DNA of 63,279 nt from Parabacteroides sp. (GCA_020860905.1 JAJBTJ010000071.1:1-63279), one strand, 5' to 3'. Shown: positions 38,483 through 50,094, counted from the stretch's first letter. Notes: generated from the sequence alone by a model not told the origin. Made by a program: numbers and translations.

Positions 38483-39544
38483 ATGTTCGGAAAGATAGTT
38501 ACTTTTTTTACCGGTATGTCAGCACTAATCTCTTGCGCAACTTCCAATGTCACGGAGATAAAAACGGTGTGCCAACGCGACGATATCGGTAATTACATCC
38601 TCAAATGGGAAACATTTCCTCCCATGGAAGGCTCTGTAAGGCTGTACGTTTCGGATGTGCCCGACTATTTCGACCAGACTTCGCCCGTAGGAATTGTCGA
38701 CATCCGCGACGAAGTTTCCACTTACATCACCATCGACAATATCACCCGCAAATATTTCCTGCTTTCGTTCAACAACCAGTACGAGAACATCGTAGGTTCG
38801 CGCGTGGTTACCACCGACAATATCCAGAATTTCCGCGACCTGGGAGGCTACACGAACGCCGACGACCGTACGCTGAAGTGGGGGCATATCTTCCGCTCGG
38901 GCGAACCCGACCGCATGAGCGTAATCGACCGCATCCGCCTCGATAACCTGGCTATCAACACGATGATCGACCTGCGTACGCCCGACGAATACCTGGAGCC
39001 CGAAGATATTTACTCGCATGTACGCATTATCCATATCCCCGTCAATACCGGAAGCGACGACGCGGAAGTGATGGAACGCATCCGCCAGGGAAGGATGAAG
39101 AAAGGAGATACCGTGCTGTACATGCAAGACCTTTACCTCCACTTTATCGACAAAAACAGCGAGCAGTTCGCCCAAACGTTAGACCTGTTCCTCGATAAAA
39201 ACAACTACCCTATCCTGTTTTACGATACGTTGGGAAAAGACCGTACCGGTTTCCTGGCGGCTCTTCTGCTGGCGGCACTCGGCGTGCCCGAGGAAACGAT
39301 TATGAAAGACTACCTGTATTCGAACGATTACATCAACTTCGCCGCCCTCGCCCCCTATGCCCGGAAGTTGGATTACGACGGACAGGAAACCGTAACGGCC
39401 TTGCTGAGCGCAAACGAAAAGTTTCTAGGAGTGGCGCTGAAACGAATCAAAAAGGAATACGGCTCGTTAGATAAGTATCTTGAACAGAAGTTAAACTTTA
39501 CTACAAAGAAACGGGAAAAGCTAAAAGAAATCATGCTTTATTGA
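38483..39544 (+). CDS. Tyrosine/lipid phosphatase family (Y_phosphatase3) lipoprotein, catalytic Cys absent
   Basis: Lipobox LISC, NFRDLGGY, IFRSG, IDLRT, P-loop FYDTLGKDRTG, DYLYSN. Confidence 0.85.
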   Translation: MFGKIVTFFTGMSALISCATSNVTEIKTVCQRDDIGNYILKWETFPPMEGSVRLYVSDVPDYFDQTSPVGIVDIRDEVSTYITIDNITRKYFLLSFNNQYENIVGSRVVTTDNIQNFRDLGGYTNADDRTLKWGHIFRSGEPDRMSVIDRIRLDNLAINTMIDLRTPDEYLEPEDIYSHVRIIHIPVNTGSDDAEVMERIRQGRMKKGDTVLYMQDLYLHFIDKNSEQFAQTLDLFLDKNNYPILFYDTLGKDRTGFLAALLLAALGVPEETIMKDYLYSNDYINFAALAPYARKLDYDGQETVTALLSANEKFLGVALKRIKKEYGSLDKYLEQKLNFTTKKREKLKEIMLY

Positions 39545-39628
39545 AATGTCCCGGATTAAAATCCCTACCTTTGTGGCGCCGGTTGACTTTTTTAGCCGGA
39601 TTGCAATCCAATTATATTCGATTTTATT

Positions 39629-41324
39629 TTGAAAACATTTGAAGAATTAGGTGTCGCTTCTCCCATACTGAAAGCGATACAGGAGCTGGGATACGAGTCT
39701 CCCATGCCGGTACAGGAAGAAGTGATTCCTTTTTTACTGGGCGAAGATAACGATGTGATAGCCTTAGCACAGACAGGCACGGGAAAAACAGCCGCTTACG
39801 GCCTTCCTATCCTCCAGAAAATAAACGTATCGGATTACCACCCTCAAGCGCTCGTATTGTGCCCCACGCGGGAGTTATGCCTGCAAATCGCCGACGACCT
39901 GAACGACTATTCCAAATACATCGACAACCTGAAAGTATTGCCGGTATACGGCGGCTCGAGCATCGAGAGCCAGATAAAAACCTTAAAACGGGGCGTACAC
40001 ATCGTAGTGGCCACTCCCGGACGCCTGCTCGACCTGATGAACCGGAAAACGGTGGATTTGAGTGGCGTGAAGAACGTGATACTCGACGAAGCCGACGAAA
40101 TGCTGAACATGGGATTTACCGACAGCATCAACGCCATCCTGGCCGAAGTGCCGGCTTCGCGAAACATGTTGCTCTTCTCGGCTACGATGCCCCAGGGCAT
40201 AGCCGGCATTACCCGGAAATACATGAAGAACCCGAAAGAAATCGTAATCGGGGTAAAGAACGAAGGAAATAAAAACATCCGCAACGTGTACTACATGGTA
40301 CATGCCCGCGACAAATACCTGGCGCTGAAACGGATTGTAGACTACTATCCGAATATTTACGGGATTGTGTTTTGCCGCACCCGGAAAGAAACGCAGGAAA
40401 TAGCCGACAAGCTGATTCAGGACGGCTACAACGCCGATTCGCTGCACGGCGAACTGAGCCAGGCGCAACGTGACTACGTAATGCAGAAGTTCCGGGTGAA
40501 AAACCTGCAATTGCTGGTGGCTACCGACGTAGCGGCCCGCGGATTGGACGTAGATAACCTCACACACGTAATTCATTACGGGTTGCCCGACGATGTGGAA
40601 TCGTATACGCACCGGAGCGGCCGTACGGGACGCGCCGGAAAAACGGGTATCTCGATTGCGATTTGCCATATCAAGGAGAAAGGGAAAATCCGGGAAATCG
40701 AGCGGATTTTGAACAAAAAGTTCGAAAAAGGGGAAATGCCTTCGGGTAAGGCCATTTGCGAAAAGCAGTTGTTCAATCTGGTAGACCAAATCGAAAAGGT
40801 AAAGGTGAACGAAGAAGAAATCAGCCCGCTGATGCCTTCTATCTTCCGTAAGCTGGAATGGTTGGATAAGGAAGATATTATCAAACGGATGGTTTCGCTG
40901 GAATTCAACCGCTTGCTGGATTATTACCGGGATGCCGACGAGATAGAAATCGTCGACGATGTTTATCAACTTAGGTAAAACGGACGGCTTGTTTCCGAAT
41001 GTATTAATCGACTTGATTAACCGGAACGTGCCGGGAAAAGTGCAAATCGGGAAAATCGACTTATTAAGCAATTTCTCGTTTTTCGAAGTAGAAGAAAACG
41101 AGGCGCAAAACGTAATCCATAGCCTGAAAGGGGTAGAGTTCGACGGACGCCGGATTTCGGTGGAAATCGCCCAGGCTTCCGACGGGAACGGCAGCCATAA
41201 AGGAAAAAGAGGTGGAGGCTCGTACGGTAGCCGCTCCGAATCGAACGGCGACAAGCCGTGGCGCCGGGCCTCGTCGGCCCGGAATGGCGGTGGACGCGAT
41301 TCGGGAAAGAGAAAAAGAAGATAA
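39629..41324 (+). pseudogene. DEAD-box helicase (DeaD/CsdA-like) split into core (39629-40978) and DbpA-type RNA-binding domain (40959-41324)
   Basis: Complete helicase motifs in the first ORF; FINLGK.DG...IGKIDL..NFSFFEV in another frame directly after. Confidence 0.75.
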
Positions 41325-41420
41325 CTTGGTAAATAACCAACAGGGTGGCACCGGATTTTATATTCCATTCTTCCTGTTTTCCTGTATATTCCAAGGTATC
41401 TGGCAAACAAGCATACAAAG

Positions 41421-41455
41421 GCAACCGGCTCGTCGAGAACCGGTTGCTTTTTTTA
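41421..41455 (+). terminator. Rho-independent terminator
   Basis: GCAACCGG...CCGGTTGC followed by a T-run. Confidence 0.65.
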
Positions 41456-41667
41456 TACCCCTCTATCTCTACCAAAATGCAAGTGAATCAGGAAAACAGG
41501 AGGAAATTCGTTCGTTGCATGCCGCTATTTCCGTTTGCCCTCGGCTAACCTGCCGAGGGCGTCGGCAAACAAATCCATAAGTAAAAACAGGAAATAAATA
41601 CGGAGGCACAGCGTATATCCTCAAACGAATATACCGTGCCTCCGTGTCGTATTTACAGAGCGTACTT

Positions 41668-43809
41668 TTACCGTACCAGCTTCAACTCCCCGATTAACCG
41701 CGGGCACTTGCCCCACTTATCAATCATGAACAACACGTAACGGATATCCACGCTAATGGTGCGCTGCAAATCCGGCTCGAAAGCGATATCGCCGCTCATC
41801 GCCTCCCAGTTCCCGTCGAAAGCCAGGCCGATAAGGCGGCCGTTCTTATCGAATACCGGGCTGCCCGAGTTGCCTCCCGTAATGTCGTTGTTCGAAAGGA
41901 AACACAAATTCATGCCTCCGCGGCCGTTTCCGTACGCGCCGAAATCGCCCGACGCCAGCAGCTCCAGAATCTCGGGCTGTACGGCAAACTCGTCGCTTGC
42001 CGGGTCTTGCTTTTCGAGCACCCCCTGCTGCGTGGAGTAATAATCGAACCAAGCCGCATCATACGGACGGTACCCGCCGATAGAACCGTAGCTCAACCGT
42101 TTCGTAAAATTCGCATCCGAAGCGAAAGCGCTGTCAGGGTACATTTCCTTTAAAGCGGCGAAATACAACCGCTCCCCTTTCGCAATATCGTATTGCGAAT
42201 CGCCCATCAACTGTTGCAACTCGAAGAACGAAAGCATCACCGACAACGCCAGTTCGGCCGCCGGGTCGTCGTTAATCTTAGCGAATTTTTTCGGATTCGT
42301 TACCACACTGTACAGCTTGTCGTAACTGCTGAAAGCGGTTTTTTTGAACAAATCGGCTGCATAGCGGTCGTAATCGCCCTTGTATTTTTTATCAATCGTT
42401 TTATAAATAGAAGGCAAATAGTTAGCGGGCACCCGTTCTTTCGCTAACTTCATCAAGGCGCCCATCACCCGCCGGTCTACTTCCGGGTCGTAATCCTTGT
42501 ACAAGGGCTTAATCCGTTCTTCGAGGATGGCTTCGATTTCCTCGGGCGTCGACTTTTCGTCGATGCTCTGCACCGAGCGCGCCAGCCGTACGATTTCGAT
42601 ACCCGAAGGGAACGTTTCCATCAAATACGTAGCCGCGTTCCGGTACTCGTTGCTCCCTTCGTATCCTTTTTGCAACAAATCCAGCACCTCGCCGTACTCC
42701 GCTTTTTTTTCCGGATGCTTCTCCAGCCAGGCAGCAAACGCCTGTTCCTGCTCCCGCTTCCGCTCGATTACATTCAATTTGGCCAGTCCCCGGTTCATCC
42801 CGATAGAGTTTTTCCAGTAATTCGAGCTGCCCTGGTATTTCGACGCATACTTAATCCGGACGGCATCGTCGGCCCGCATGGCTTCTTTCCAAATCCCCTG
42901 CTTGATACCACGCGCTTCGATACGGGGTTTGTTGCTGTGCTCGATACGCTGTTCTACGCCCCACGACGAAAGGTACCGGTCGGTACTGCCCGGAAAACCG
43001 ATGGTCATGGCATAATCATTATCATCGTATCCCTGTAACGATACTTCGGGAACGAAGCGGGGCTTGTAAGGCTTGTTCGAAGCGCTGTACTCGGCCGGCA
43101 TGTTCGCCGAGTCGGCATACACCCGGAACACGGAAAAGTCGCCCGTATGGCGCGGCCACATCCAGTTATCGGTGTCGCCACCGAACTTACCTGCCGACGA
43201 AGGCGGCGCAAATACCATCCGTACATCCTTGAACACGTCGTACACCTGCAAATAATACACGTTACCGGCATAATACGGATACACCTCGGCATACACCATC
43301 GGGTCTTTTCCGAGCGAATCGGTAATCAGGGCGCTGATAGAGTCGGCCGCGTTGATACGCGCGTATTCGTCGGTCAGGTGTTCGATAGCCGGCACGATGC
43401 GGTCGGTTACGTTCACCGTTTTCCGGAGGAATTTCACCGTAAGCCCGGGAATCGGCAACTCGTCTTCCATCCGTTGCGACACGAAGCCGTTTTTCAGGTA
43501 ATCGTGTTCCACGCTGCTCTGGCTCTGGATAGAACCATAATCGCAATGGTGGTTGGTAAAAACCAATCCCTGCTCGGAAACGGCAATACCAGTGCAACCG
43601 CCGCCGAATATCACTACCGCATCCGAAATACCGGGCTGGTTTTCGTTATACAAGCTATCGTACGGAAGCACGAAACCCAACTCACGCATCCGGTCGATAT
43701 TCTGTTTATTCATTTCGTTGAGCAGCCACATGCCCTCGTCGGCACGGGCGGTTCCCGTTAACACTACGAGCAACGCCGCCGCCACTCCCAATCGTTTCAA
43801 GCTATTCAT
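41668..43809 (-). CDS. S46 dipeptidyl peptidase (DPP7-like)
   Basis: ADEGMW, TNHHC, DNWMWPRHTGDF, NDITGGNSGSPV; AFDGNWE has Gly at the S1 position (DPP7 type rather than Arg-type DPP11). Confidence 0.92.
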   Translation of the reverse strand: MNSLKRLGVAAALLVVLTGTARADEGMWLLNEMNKQNIDRMRELGFVLPYDSLYNENQPGISDAVVIFGGGCTGIAVSEQGLVFTNHHCDYGSIQSQSSVEHDYLKNGFVSQRMEDELPIPGLTVKFLRKTVNVTDRIVPAIEHLTDEYARINAADSISALITDSLGKDPMVYAEVYPYYAGNVYYLQVYDVFKDVRMVFAPPSSAGKFGGDTDNWMWPRHTGDFSVFRVYADSANMPAEYSASNKPYKPRFVPEVSLQGYDDNDYAMTIGFPGSTDRYLSSWGVEQRIEHSNKPRIEARGIKQGIWKEAMRADDAVRIKYASKYQGSSNYWKNSIGMNRGLAKLNVIERKREQEQAFAAWLEKHPEKKAEYGEVLDLLQKGYEGSNEYRNAATYLMETFPSGIEIVRLARSVQSIDEKSTPEEIEAILEERIKPLYKDYDPEVDRRVMGALMKLAKERVPANYLPSIYKTIDKKYKGDYDRYAADLFKKTAFSSYDKLYSVVTNPKKFAKINDDPAAELALSVMLSFFELQQLMGDSQYDIAKGERLYFAALKEMYPDSAFASDANFTKRLSYGSIGGYRPYDAAWFDYYSTQQGVLEKQDPASDEFAVQPEILELLASGDFGAYGNGRGGMNLCFLSNNDITGGNSGSPVFDKNGRLIGLAFDGNWEAMSGDIAFEPDLQRTISVDIRYVLFMIDKWGKCPRLIGELKLVR

Positions 43810-43814
43810 TCCGT

Positions 43815-45164
43815 TTATTCTATTATTAATTTGATATTCGTTACCGATGCCCGGGCCGACATCCATTCCTTAATCTTCGTCTGCTCTGCCTCCTTAATCT
43901 TCTGGCTGCACTTCATGTACACCAGCATCACCGTATCGGCCTGCATCGTTTCGGTATGCATCATATAGGTATACGAGCACGAAGCCTCTTCCACATACGG
44001 AAACAACACCTTCATCTCGGGCACTAAATCGCGCGCCAGCCAGGCCGTACGGCGGTAATTATCCAGTTTGCGGGTAAGCGAGTCGATTTGCTCGGTTTGC
44101 GATTTCAACAAATCGACATTGCTTTTGTACAAATCCTGCATCAGCAGGCTTTTCAGCCGGTTTATATCGGGTTGTTCCTTGCCGAATCCTTGTTGCACCG
44201 TAAGCTTGATGTTCTCCAGCCCGTATTGTTTCAACCGGTTACGGGCAGTTTCAATCATCACGGCCGGCACGCTGTCGCCAATCATCACCACCGTCATCTC
44301 CTTTTTATCCTTCGAAACCGCTTTACTCAAAATCTGGGTATTGGGAAACGTAAGCTCGGAAGCGATGAACTTATGCGCCTGTTCATTGAAATAAGTGGTG
44401 CGCACCAGGTTATAACTGAGGTAAATACTCGGAACGATGGTAAAGAACACAATCACGCCTACATACCGGGCAACCACTTTTTCGCGCTGTTTATCCATAA
44501 ATTCTTTTTTCGGATACTTCAGCACCCGCACCACCAAGTAAGTAGCCAAGCTGATAAACACCGTATTGATAAAATACAGGTAAAAAGCTCCGAAGAAATA
44601 ATACAAGTTTCCGCTGGCCAACCCGAAACCGGCCGTACACAACGGTGGCATCAACGCCGTAGCGATGGCCACGCCGGGGATTACGTTTCCTTTCGACTTG
44701 GTAGAACTGGCCACGATACCGGCCAAACCGCCGAAAAAAGCAATCATCACGTCGTATACCGTGGGCTGCGTACGCGCCAGCAGCTCCGATTGCGCTTCGC
44801 TGATTGGCGAAATAAGAAAATACAACGTAGAGGTAATCACGCTGAACACAGTAGCCGTAGCAAAGTTACGGAATGCTTTTTTAATCAGCTCGAAGTCCGA
44901 GATAGCCAACCCCAGCCCGAACCCCATAATCGGACCCATCAGCGGGGAGATAAGCATGGCGCCGATAATCACGGCGGTAGAGTTGGTATTGAGCCCCAGC
45001 GAGGCGATAAAGGTAGCGAAAATAAGTACCCACAGATTGGTACCCTTAAATTCGATTCCTTTCCGAATCGACTCGATGGTATCCCGTTCGTCTTCTTTTT
45101 CCTGACGCACATCGAAGTTCCGCTTGAAGAATTCGATGATTTTGGTTCGCAAAATATTTTCCAT
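43815..45164 (-). CDS. TIGR00341/DUF389 membrane protein
   Basis: NSTAVIIGAMLISPLMGPI, PGVAIATALMPPLC. Confidence 0.9.
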   Translation of the reverse strand: MENILRTKIIEFFKRNFDVRQEKEDERDTIESIRKGIEFKGTNLWVLIFATFIASLGLNTNSTAVIIGAMLISPLMGPIMGFGLGLAISDFELIKKAFRNFATATVFSVITSTLYFLISPISEAQSELLARTQPTVYDVMIAFFGGLAGIVASSTKSKGNVIPGVAIATALMPPLCTAGFGLASGNLYYFFGAFYLYFINTVFISLATYLVVRVLKYPKKEFMDKQREKVVARYVGVIVFFTIVPSIYLSYNLVRTTYFNEQAHKFIASELTFPNTQILSKAVSKDKKEMTVVMIGDSVPAVMIETARNRLKQYGLENIKLTVQQGFGKEQPDINRLKSLLMQDLYKSNVDLLKSQTEQIDSLTRKLDNYRRTAWLARDLVPEMKVLFPYVEEASCSYTYMMHTETMQADTVMLVYMKCSQKIKEAEQTKIKEWMSARASVTNIKLIIE

Positions 45165-45179
45165 TTTCTGTTATAGAAG

Positions 45180-46673
45180 TTAGTTTTTTATTAACCGGTT
45201 AAGTACGGGGATTTCCCGCAAGGGCAAATCCCTTTTTATCACGAACAACACGAAAAGCAACAACAAAACGGAGCGGTACCCCATCCGGAGCCATTCGTTC
45301 GGAATAACGGGAACGAAAGCGGCGGCATACAACACGGCGGTTACCGCGGCATAAACGAAAATCGTTTTCAGGTCGTAGCGGATGGGATACTTTTTTTGCC
45401 CTACGAAATAGGAGAGCAGCATCATCGCCAGGTTGCATACGAACGAAGCCCAGGCGCAGGCCATGTAGCTGTACACCGGGGCGAACCCCACGATAATACC
45501 CACCGTAAGCACGCACCCCAGCAAAGAAAAATACGCGCCCCAACGGGTTTCGTCGGTGAGTTTGTACCAAAGCGATAAATTGAAATATATCCCCGAGAAA
45601 AGCGAACCCAACATCACGATAGGAACCACTTTCAATCCCGGGTAATAGGCCGGACTTACGAAATATTTGATAATATCGAGGTAAAACATCACGCCCAGAA
45701 AAATAAACAGGGCGAAGATAACGAAATACTTCATCGCCTCGGCATACGCTTGCTTGCAGTCGTCGTTTTTATTCCTGGCGAAGATAAACGGTTCGTAGGC
45801 ATACCGGAAAGCTTGGGTGAACATCACCATGATAACGGCAATCTTGAAACAGGCGCCGTAAATGCCCAACTGGCTGTCGGCATACGCCCGGTCGCTGAAC
45901 AGGAAAGGGAAGAGGATTTTATCGACCGACTGGTTCAGTACGCCGGCAATACCCAACACCAGAATCGGGAGCGAATACCCGATAATCCGTTTCCAAAGCG
46001 TAAAATCGAATTTGTACCGGAATCCGGTGAGCTCGCGGAACAAAACGAGCAACGTTACCGCCGAAGCAATCAGGTTCGATATAAAGATATACCCCACGCC
46101 GTACCCCGGCACGTAAAACCACGAAACCGTTTCCGGAAAACGCGCATAGAGCCACGGACATACAATCAGCAGAAATATATTCAGCCCGATGGTAAGGAAG
46201 ATATTCAGCAGCTTGACGAACGCGAATTTAAGCGGCCGGCAGGTATGCCGCAGGTACGCAAAGGGGATACAACTGAATGCGTCGATGGCTACGATTACCA
46301 TCAACAGCATTACGTATTCGGGCGTACGGGCATATCCCAGCGCGCCGGCTATCGGGTACAGCAGCAACGCGCCCGCCCCGATAAACAGCAGCGAGGTAGC
46401 CCCTACGCTGATGAGCGAAGTGGAATACACCTTCATCGGCTCTTTTTCTTCCGCATTGATAAACCGGAAAAAGCCGGTTTCCATCCCGTAGGTAAGGATT
46501 ACCAGCAACAACGCCGTCCAGGCATATAAATTGGTAACGATACCGAACTGCTCGGTATTGGCCAGCACACGCACGTACATCGGTACTAACAGCCAGTTGA
46601 GTATCCTGCCTACGATACTGCTCAACCCGTATACGGCCGTTTCTTTGGCCAGCCGTTTGATTCCTCCTGCCAT
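45180..46673 (-). CDS. Polysaccharide/oligosaccharide flippase family protein
   Basis: LAKETAVYGLSSIVGR, TYGMETGFFRF, QAFRYAYEPF; many TM segments. Confidence 0.88.
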   Translation of the reverse strand: MAGGIKRLAKETAVYGLSSIVGRILNWLLVPMYVRVLANTEQFGIVTNLYAWTALLLVILTYGMETGFFRFINAEEKEPMKVYSTSLISVGATSLLFIGAGALLLYPIAGALGYARTPEYVMLLMVIVAIDAFSCIPFAYLRHTCRPLKFAFVKLLNIFLTIGLNIFLLIVCPWLYARFPETVSWFYVPGYGVGYIFISNLIASAVTLLVLFRELTGFRYKFDFTLWKRIIGYSLPILVLGIAGVLNQSVDKILFPFLFSDRAYADSQLGIYGACFKIAVIMVMFTQAFRYAYEPFIFARNKNDDCKQAYAEAMKYFVIFALFIFLGVMFYLDIIKYFVSPAYYPGLKVVPIVMLGSLFSGIYFNLSLWYKLTDETRWGAYFSLLGCVLTVGIIVGFAPVYSYMACAWASFVCNLAMMLLSYFVGQKKYPIRYDLKTIFVYAAVTAVLYAAAFVPVIPNEWLRMGYRSVLLLLFVLFVIKRDLPLREIPVLNRLIKN

Positions 46674-46678
46674 GCCTG

Positions 46679-47704
46679 TCAGTCGAATAAGAATCCCGCC
46701 GCCGGGAACTGCTCGCGCCCCAGGTGTTTGTATGCAAGTTCGGTTACTTCACGTCCGCGTGGCGTACGCTTGATAAAGCCTTCTTTGATGAGGAAAGGCT
46801 CGTATACTTCTTCGAGCGTTCCCGGGTCTTCGCCCAATGCCGTAGCAATGGTGGTAAGCCCTACCGGGCCACCCTTGAACTTGTCGATGATGGTGGTAAG
46901 CAGCTTGTTGTCGATTTGGTCGAGGCCGTACCGGTCGATGTTCAGCGCTTCGAGGGCGTAACACGAAATTTCCTTGTCGATACGCCCGGAACCTTTCACC
47001 TGGGCGAAATCGCGCACGCGGCGGAGCAGGGCATTGGCGATACGGGGCGTTCCGCGGCTGCGCGAGGCGATTTCCTTGGCCGCGCTCAGGTCGCAATGAA
47101 TACCGAGGATGTCGGCGCTGCGCAATACGATGCGGGTAAGCGTTTCCATATCGTAATACTCCAGGTGCAGGTTGATGCCGAACCGGGCGCGCAAGGGACT
47201 GGTAAGCAATCCGCTGCGCGTAGTGGCTCCTACCAGTGTAAACGGGCAGAGGTCGATTTGGATGGACCGGGCGCTGGGGCCTTTGTCTATCATAATGTCG
47301 ATGCGGTAATCCTCCATCGCCGAGTAAAGGTATTCTTCCACTACGGGGCTGAGGCGGTGTATCTCGTCGATAAAAAGCACGTCGTTCTTTTCGAGCGAAG
47401 TAAGTACGCCCGCCAGGTCGCCCGGCTTATCGAGCACGGGCCCCGAGGTTACCTTGAATCCTACTCCCAATTCGTTGGCGATGATGTTGGAAAGGGTGGT
47501 TTTACCGAGCCCGGGAGGGCCGTGCAACAACACGTGGTCGAGGGCTTCGGTGCGCATCCGGGCAGCCATAACGAACACTTTCAGGTTCGCTACCACCTTG
47601 TCCTGGCCGCTGAAACTTTCAAAGGATAAGGGGCGGAGTTTATTTTCGTATTCGCGTTCGTTCTCGCCGATACGCGGTTCTCGTATATCAAAGTTGTCTT
47701 CCAT
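46679..47704 (-). CDS. ruvB: Holliday junction helicase RuvB
   Basis: [38 protein letters not shown]. Confidence 0.98.
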   Translation of the reverse strand: MEDNFDIREPRIGENEREYENKLRPLSFESFSGQDKVVANLKVFVMAARMRTEALDHVLLHGPPGLGKTTLSNIIANELGVGFKVTSGPVLDKPGDLAGVLTSLEKNDVLFIDEIHRLSPVVEEYLYSAMEDYRIDIMIDKGPSARSIQIDLCPFTLVGATTRSGLLTSPLRARFGINLHLEYYDMETLTRIVLRSADILGIHCDLSAAKEIASRSRGTPRIANALLRRVRDFAQVKGSGRIDKEISCYALEALNIDRYGLDQIDNKLLTTIIDKFKGGPVGLTTIATALGEDPGTLEEVYEPFLIKEGFIKRTPRGREVTELAYKHLGREQFPAAGFLFD

Positions 47705-48093
47705 ACATGTATTCTTGCAGCACACGCCGGAATAAAGCGTGTTTACCTCTGTTTCAATAACCTGCAAAGGTAATAGATTCCGGTGTATTTTACAGGCGAC
47801 CCTTCGTGTTTTCGCTTATTTTAATATACGGCCTTCCTGATCCGACTATTCTTTTCCCGTAAATTTAAACCTGCAAAAGATACCGGGTTCCTCTTATTTT
47901 TCCTAAATTAGCCCCCGGAGTTCAGGTTGTGGAAAACGATTTCCCTGTATGCTTCTGCTAACCCTCCCGGCTGCCCGTATATGATTGGCTTGGCCCCACA
48001 AGTAAAAAGCGGCCGGAAACAACATACCGTTGCAAAAAAAGAACCTGCCGGAACAGCCGTTAGTTTTCGTTTCTGGTTTTAATCAGAAAAAAA

Positions 48094-49720
48094 ATGGAAA
48101 GACACACTATTTTTTCCGGAATTGCCTATTATAACAGCAAACTAGCCCACACAGCGCCGCACCGGAACCCAACCCGTGGACCGAAAGACGAATATTTCGA
48201 TTTCGACTTAATCGGTTACTACTTCAGGAACCAAGTCCATCCGAATGCGTTACAGGTAATTTCCGACAGGACAAGCAACGATATGGATTTCGAAGAATTA
48301 TTTATGTTCCTTGGCAGAACGCGCTCCAAGATAGGGCAACAGTATCTCTACAAGCAACTTTCGGTTATCGCGCCGAAACCGGATTTCGAAACGCAGGAAG
48401 AACTTATCGGAGATTTTACGGCCGATACCGCCAGGCTTTTGAAAGCAGAGGCTTTCTTATCCAAACTGAATGACCGGAACATGTATTATCTCCCTCATCT
48501 TTTTCTCGAAGAATATATCCCGAAGCCAAAACGATTCTGGCTTTTCCCGGTACTTTCCGTTGCCGGGCTGGTTTCTTTTTTTGTTGTTTCTTTTTATCCC
48601 CAAGGTGTTCTTCTTGTTGTTACCCGTATACACAATCAATCTGATTATCCATTTTTGGAATAAAAAAAACAGTATGGTATATGCAGATTCGATTCCGCAA
48701 CTTTCGTTGTTTGCCTCTGTTGCGAACCGGTTAGCCGGGATGAATCTGATAACCGGTTCGAAACGCGCCGTATCGGTATCGGCCGCTTCAGTTCTCAAAT
48801 TGAAATATTTTATCAAACTCTTTAAGTTCGACACTGGCATTCAATCGGAAGTAGAAGCCCTCGTTCTCTTTTTCTGGGAACTTGTCAAAATCCTGTTGTT
48901 GATAGAGCCTCTCACCGTATTCGCTGTTTTTAGGAAGTTGAAGCTCAAGAAAAACGACCTTCAAATGCTATTCGATTATATCGGACAGATAGATACTGCG
49001 GTTTCCGTAACGGTGCTCCGGCAAGAAGCTCGCTATTGGTGCAAACCGGTTATCCGGGATTCGGGGCACCACCTCGGATTTACGGGAGCCTACCATCCGT
49101 TAATTCCCGATTGCACTCCTAATTCGCTTGAAATAAATAACAAATCGGTTTTATTAACCGGGTCGAACATGTCGGGCAAAACCACTTTTATCCGTACGGT
49201 CGCTATTAATTTGCTACTGGCCCAAACGATAAATACGTGTTTTGCAGAAACATTCCACTGTGTGTGGTCGCGCTTGTTTTCCGCCATCCGTATTTCCGAC
49301 GATTTGCTGAATGATAAAAGTTATTATTTGGAAGAAGTGCTTACCTTGAAAGAAATGGTCCGGGAAAGCCGCGCCGAATCGAACCAGGTATTTTTCCTCG
49401 ATGAAATTTTTAAAGGCACCAATACGGCAGAACGCATAGCAGCCGGGAAAGCGGTACTGTCATATCTGGCCCGGTCGGGAAATAACTGGGTATTCGTTTC
49501 TACACACGACATCGAACTCACGGATTTATTAGCCGGCGAATTCGACTTGTTCCACTTTACAGAAGTGATTCAGGACGGCCGTATCCGATTCGATTATAAG
49601 CTGAAAGCGGGAAACCTTTCGACCCGGAACGCTATCCGGATATTGGAAATACACCACTATCCCTCCGAAATTATCGACGACGCACGGCAAGTGGCGGCCC
49701 GTATGCAAAAAACGTCGTAA
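48094..49720 (+). pseudogene. MutS-related (domain V) membrane-anchored ATPase, frameshifted in a T7 run
   Basis: RT.SKIGQQYLY in the N-part; TGSNMSGKTTF, LDEIFKGTN, STHD in the C-part; the frames join if T7 at 48576-48582 is T6. Confidence 0.85.
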
Positions 49721-49882
49721 AGATTGCTTCCGGACAGAGGCGAAAATACAAGAAAGACTTACAGGCATTGCGCTTTTATCTCCCCTTTATTTTTGCAGGG
49801 TAACACGGAACGGCAAGTCAAAGAAATAAAACTTCCGGCTCGCTTCGTAGGGAATTTCGTCATTACATGCTACCGTTTTCGT

Positions 49883-49980
49883 TTGCCGCCGACGCCGGCT
49901 AACTTGTCGCCGTCCGTGGCAAACTTGCCGGCGTCGGCGTTTATTTTGCCGGCGTCGGCGGCAAACAAATCCAATAGGCA
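49883..49980. repeat. Array of four 21-bp quasi-palindromic units (family A) plus conserved flank
   Basis: ttgccgccgacgccggctaac / ttgtcgccgtccgtggcaaac / ttgccggcgtcggcgtttatt / ttgccggcgtcggcggcaaac; the outer units are mutual reverse complements. Confidence 0.85.
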
Positions 49981-50025
49981 GGGATGGTCGTTTCTTTACC
50001 CTATTTTTCAATTTAAAGAGAATGA

Positions 50026-50060
50026 AAAAAAACCGCTCCGGATAACTCCGGAACGGTTTT
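50026..50060. terminator. Bidirectional terminator after pnp
   Basis: A-run, ACCG.TCCGGA...TCCGGAACGG, T-run. Confidence 0.65.
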
Positions 50061-50094
50061 AATACCTCTTATAAAGTACAGGCCAGCGCCTGGG

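Noticed and set aside
41600-41646. Inverted repeat ACGGAGGCAC...GTGCCTCCGT as an invertible element
   Set aside because: The arms are short and enclose no promoter; its position right after the S46 stop fits a terminator hairpin.
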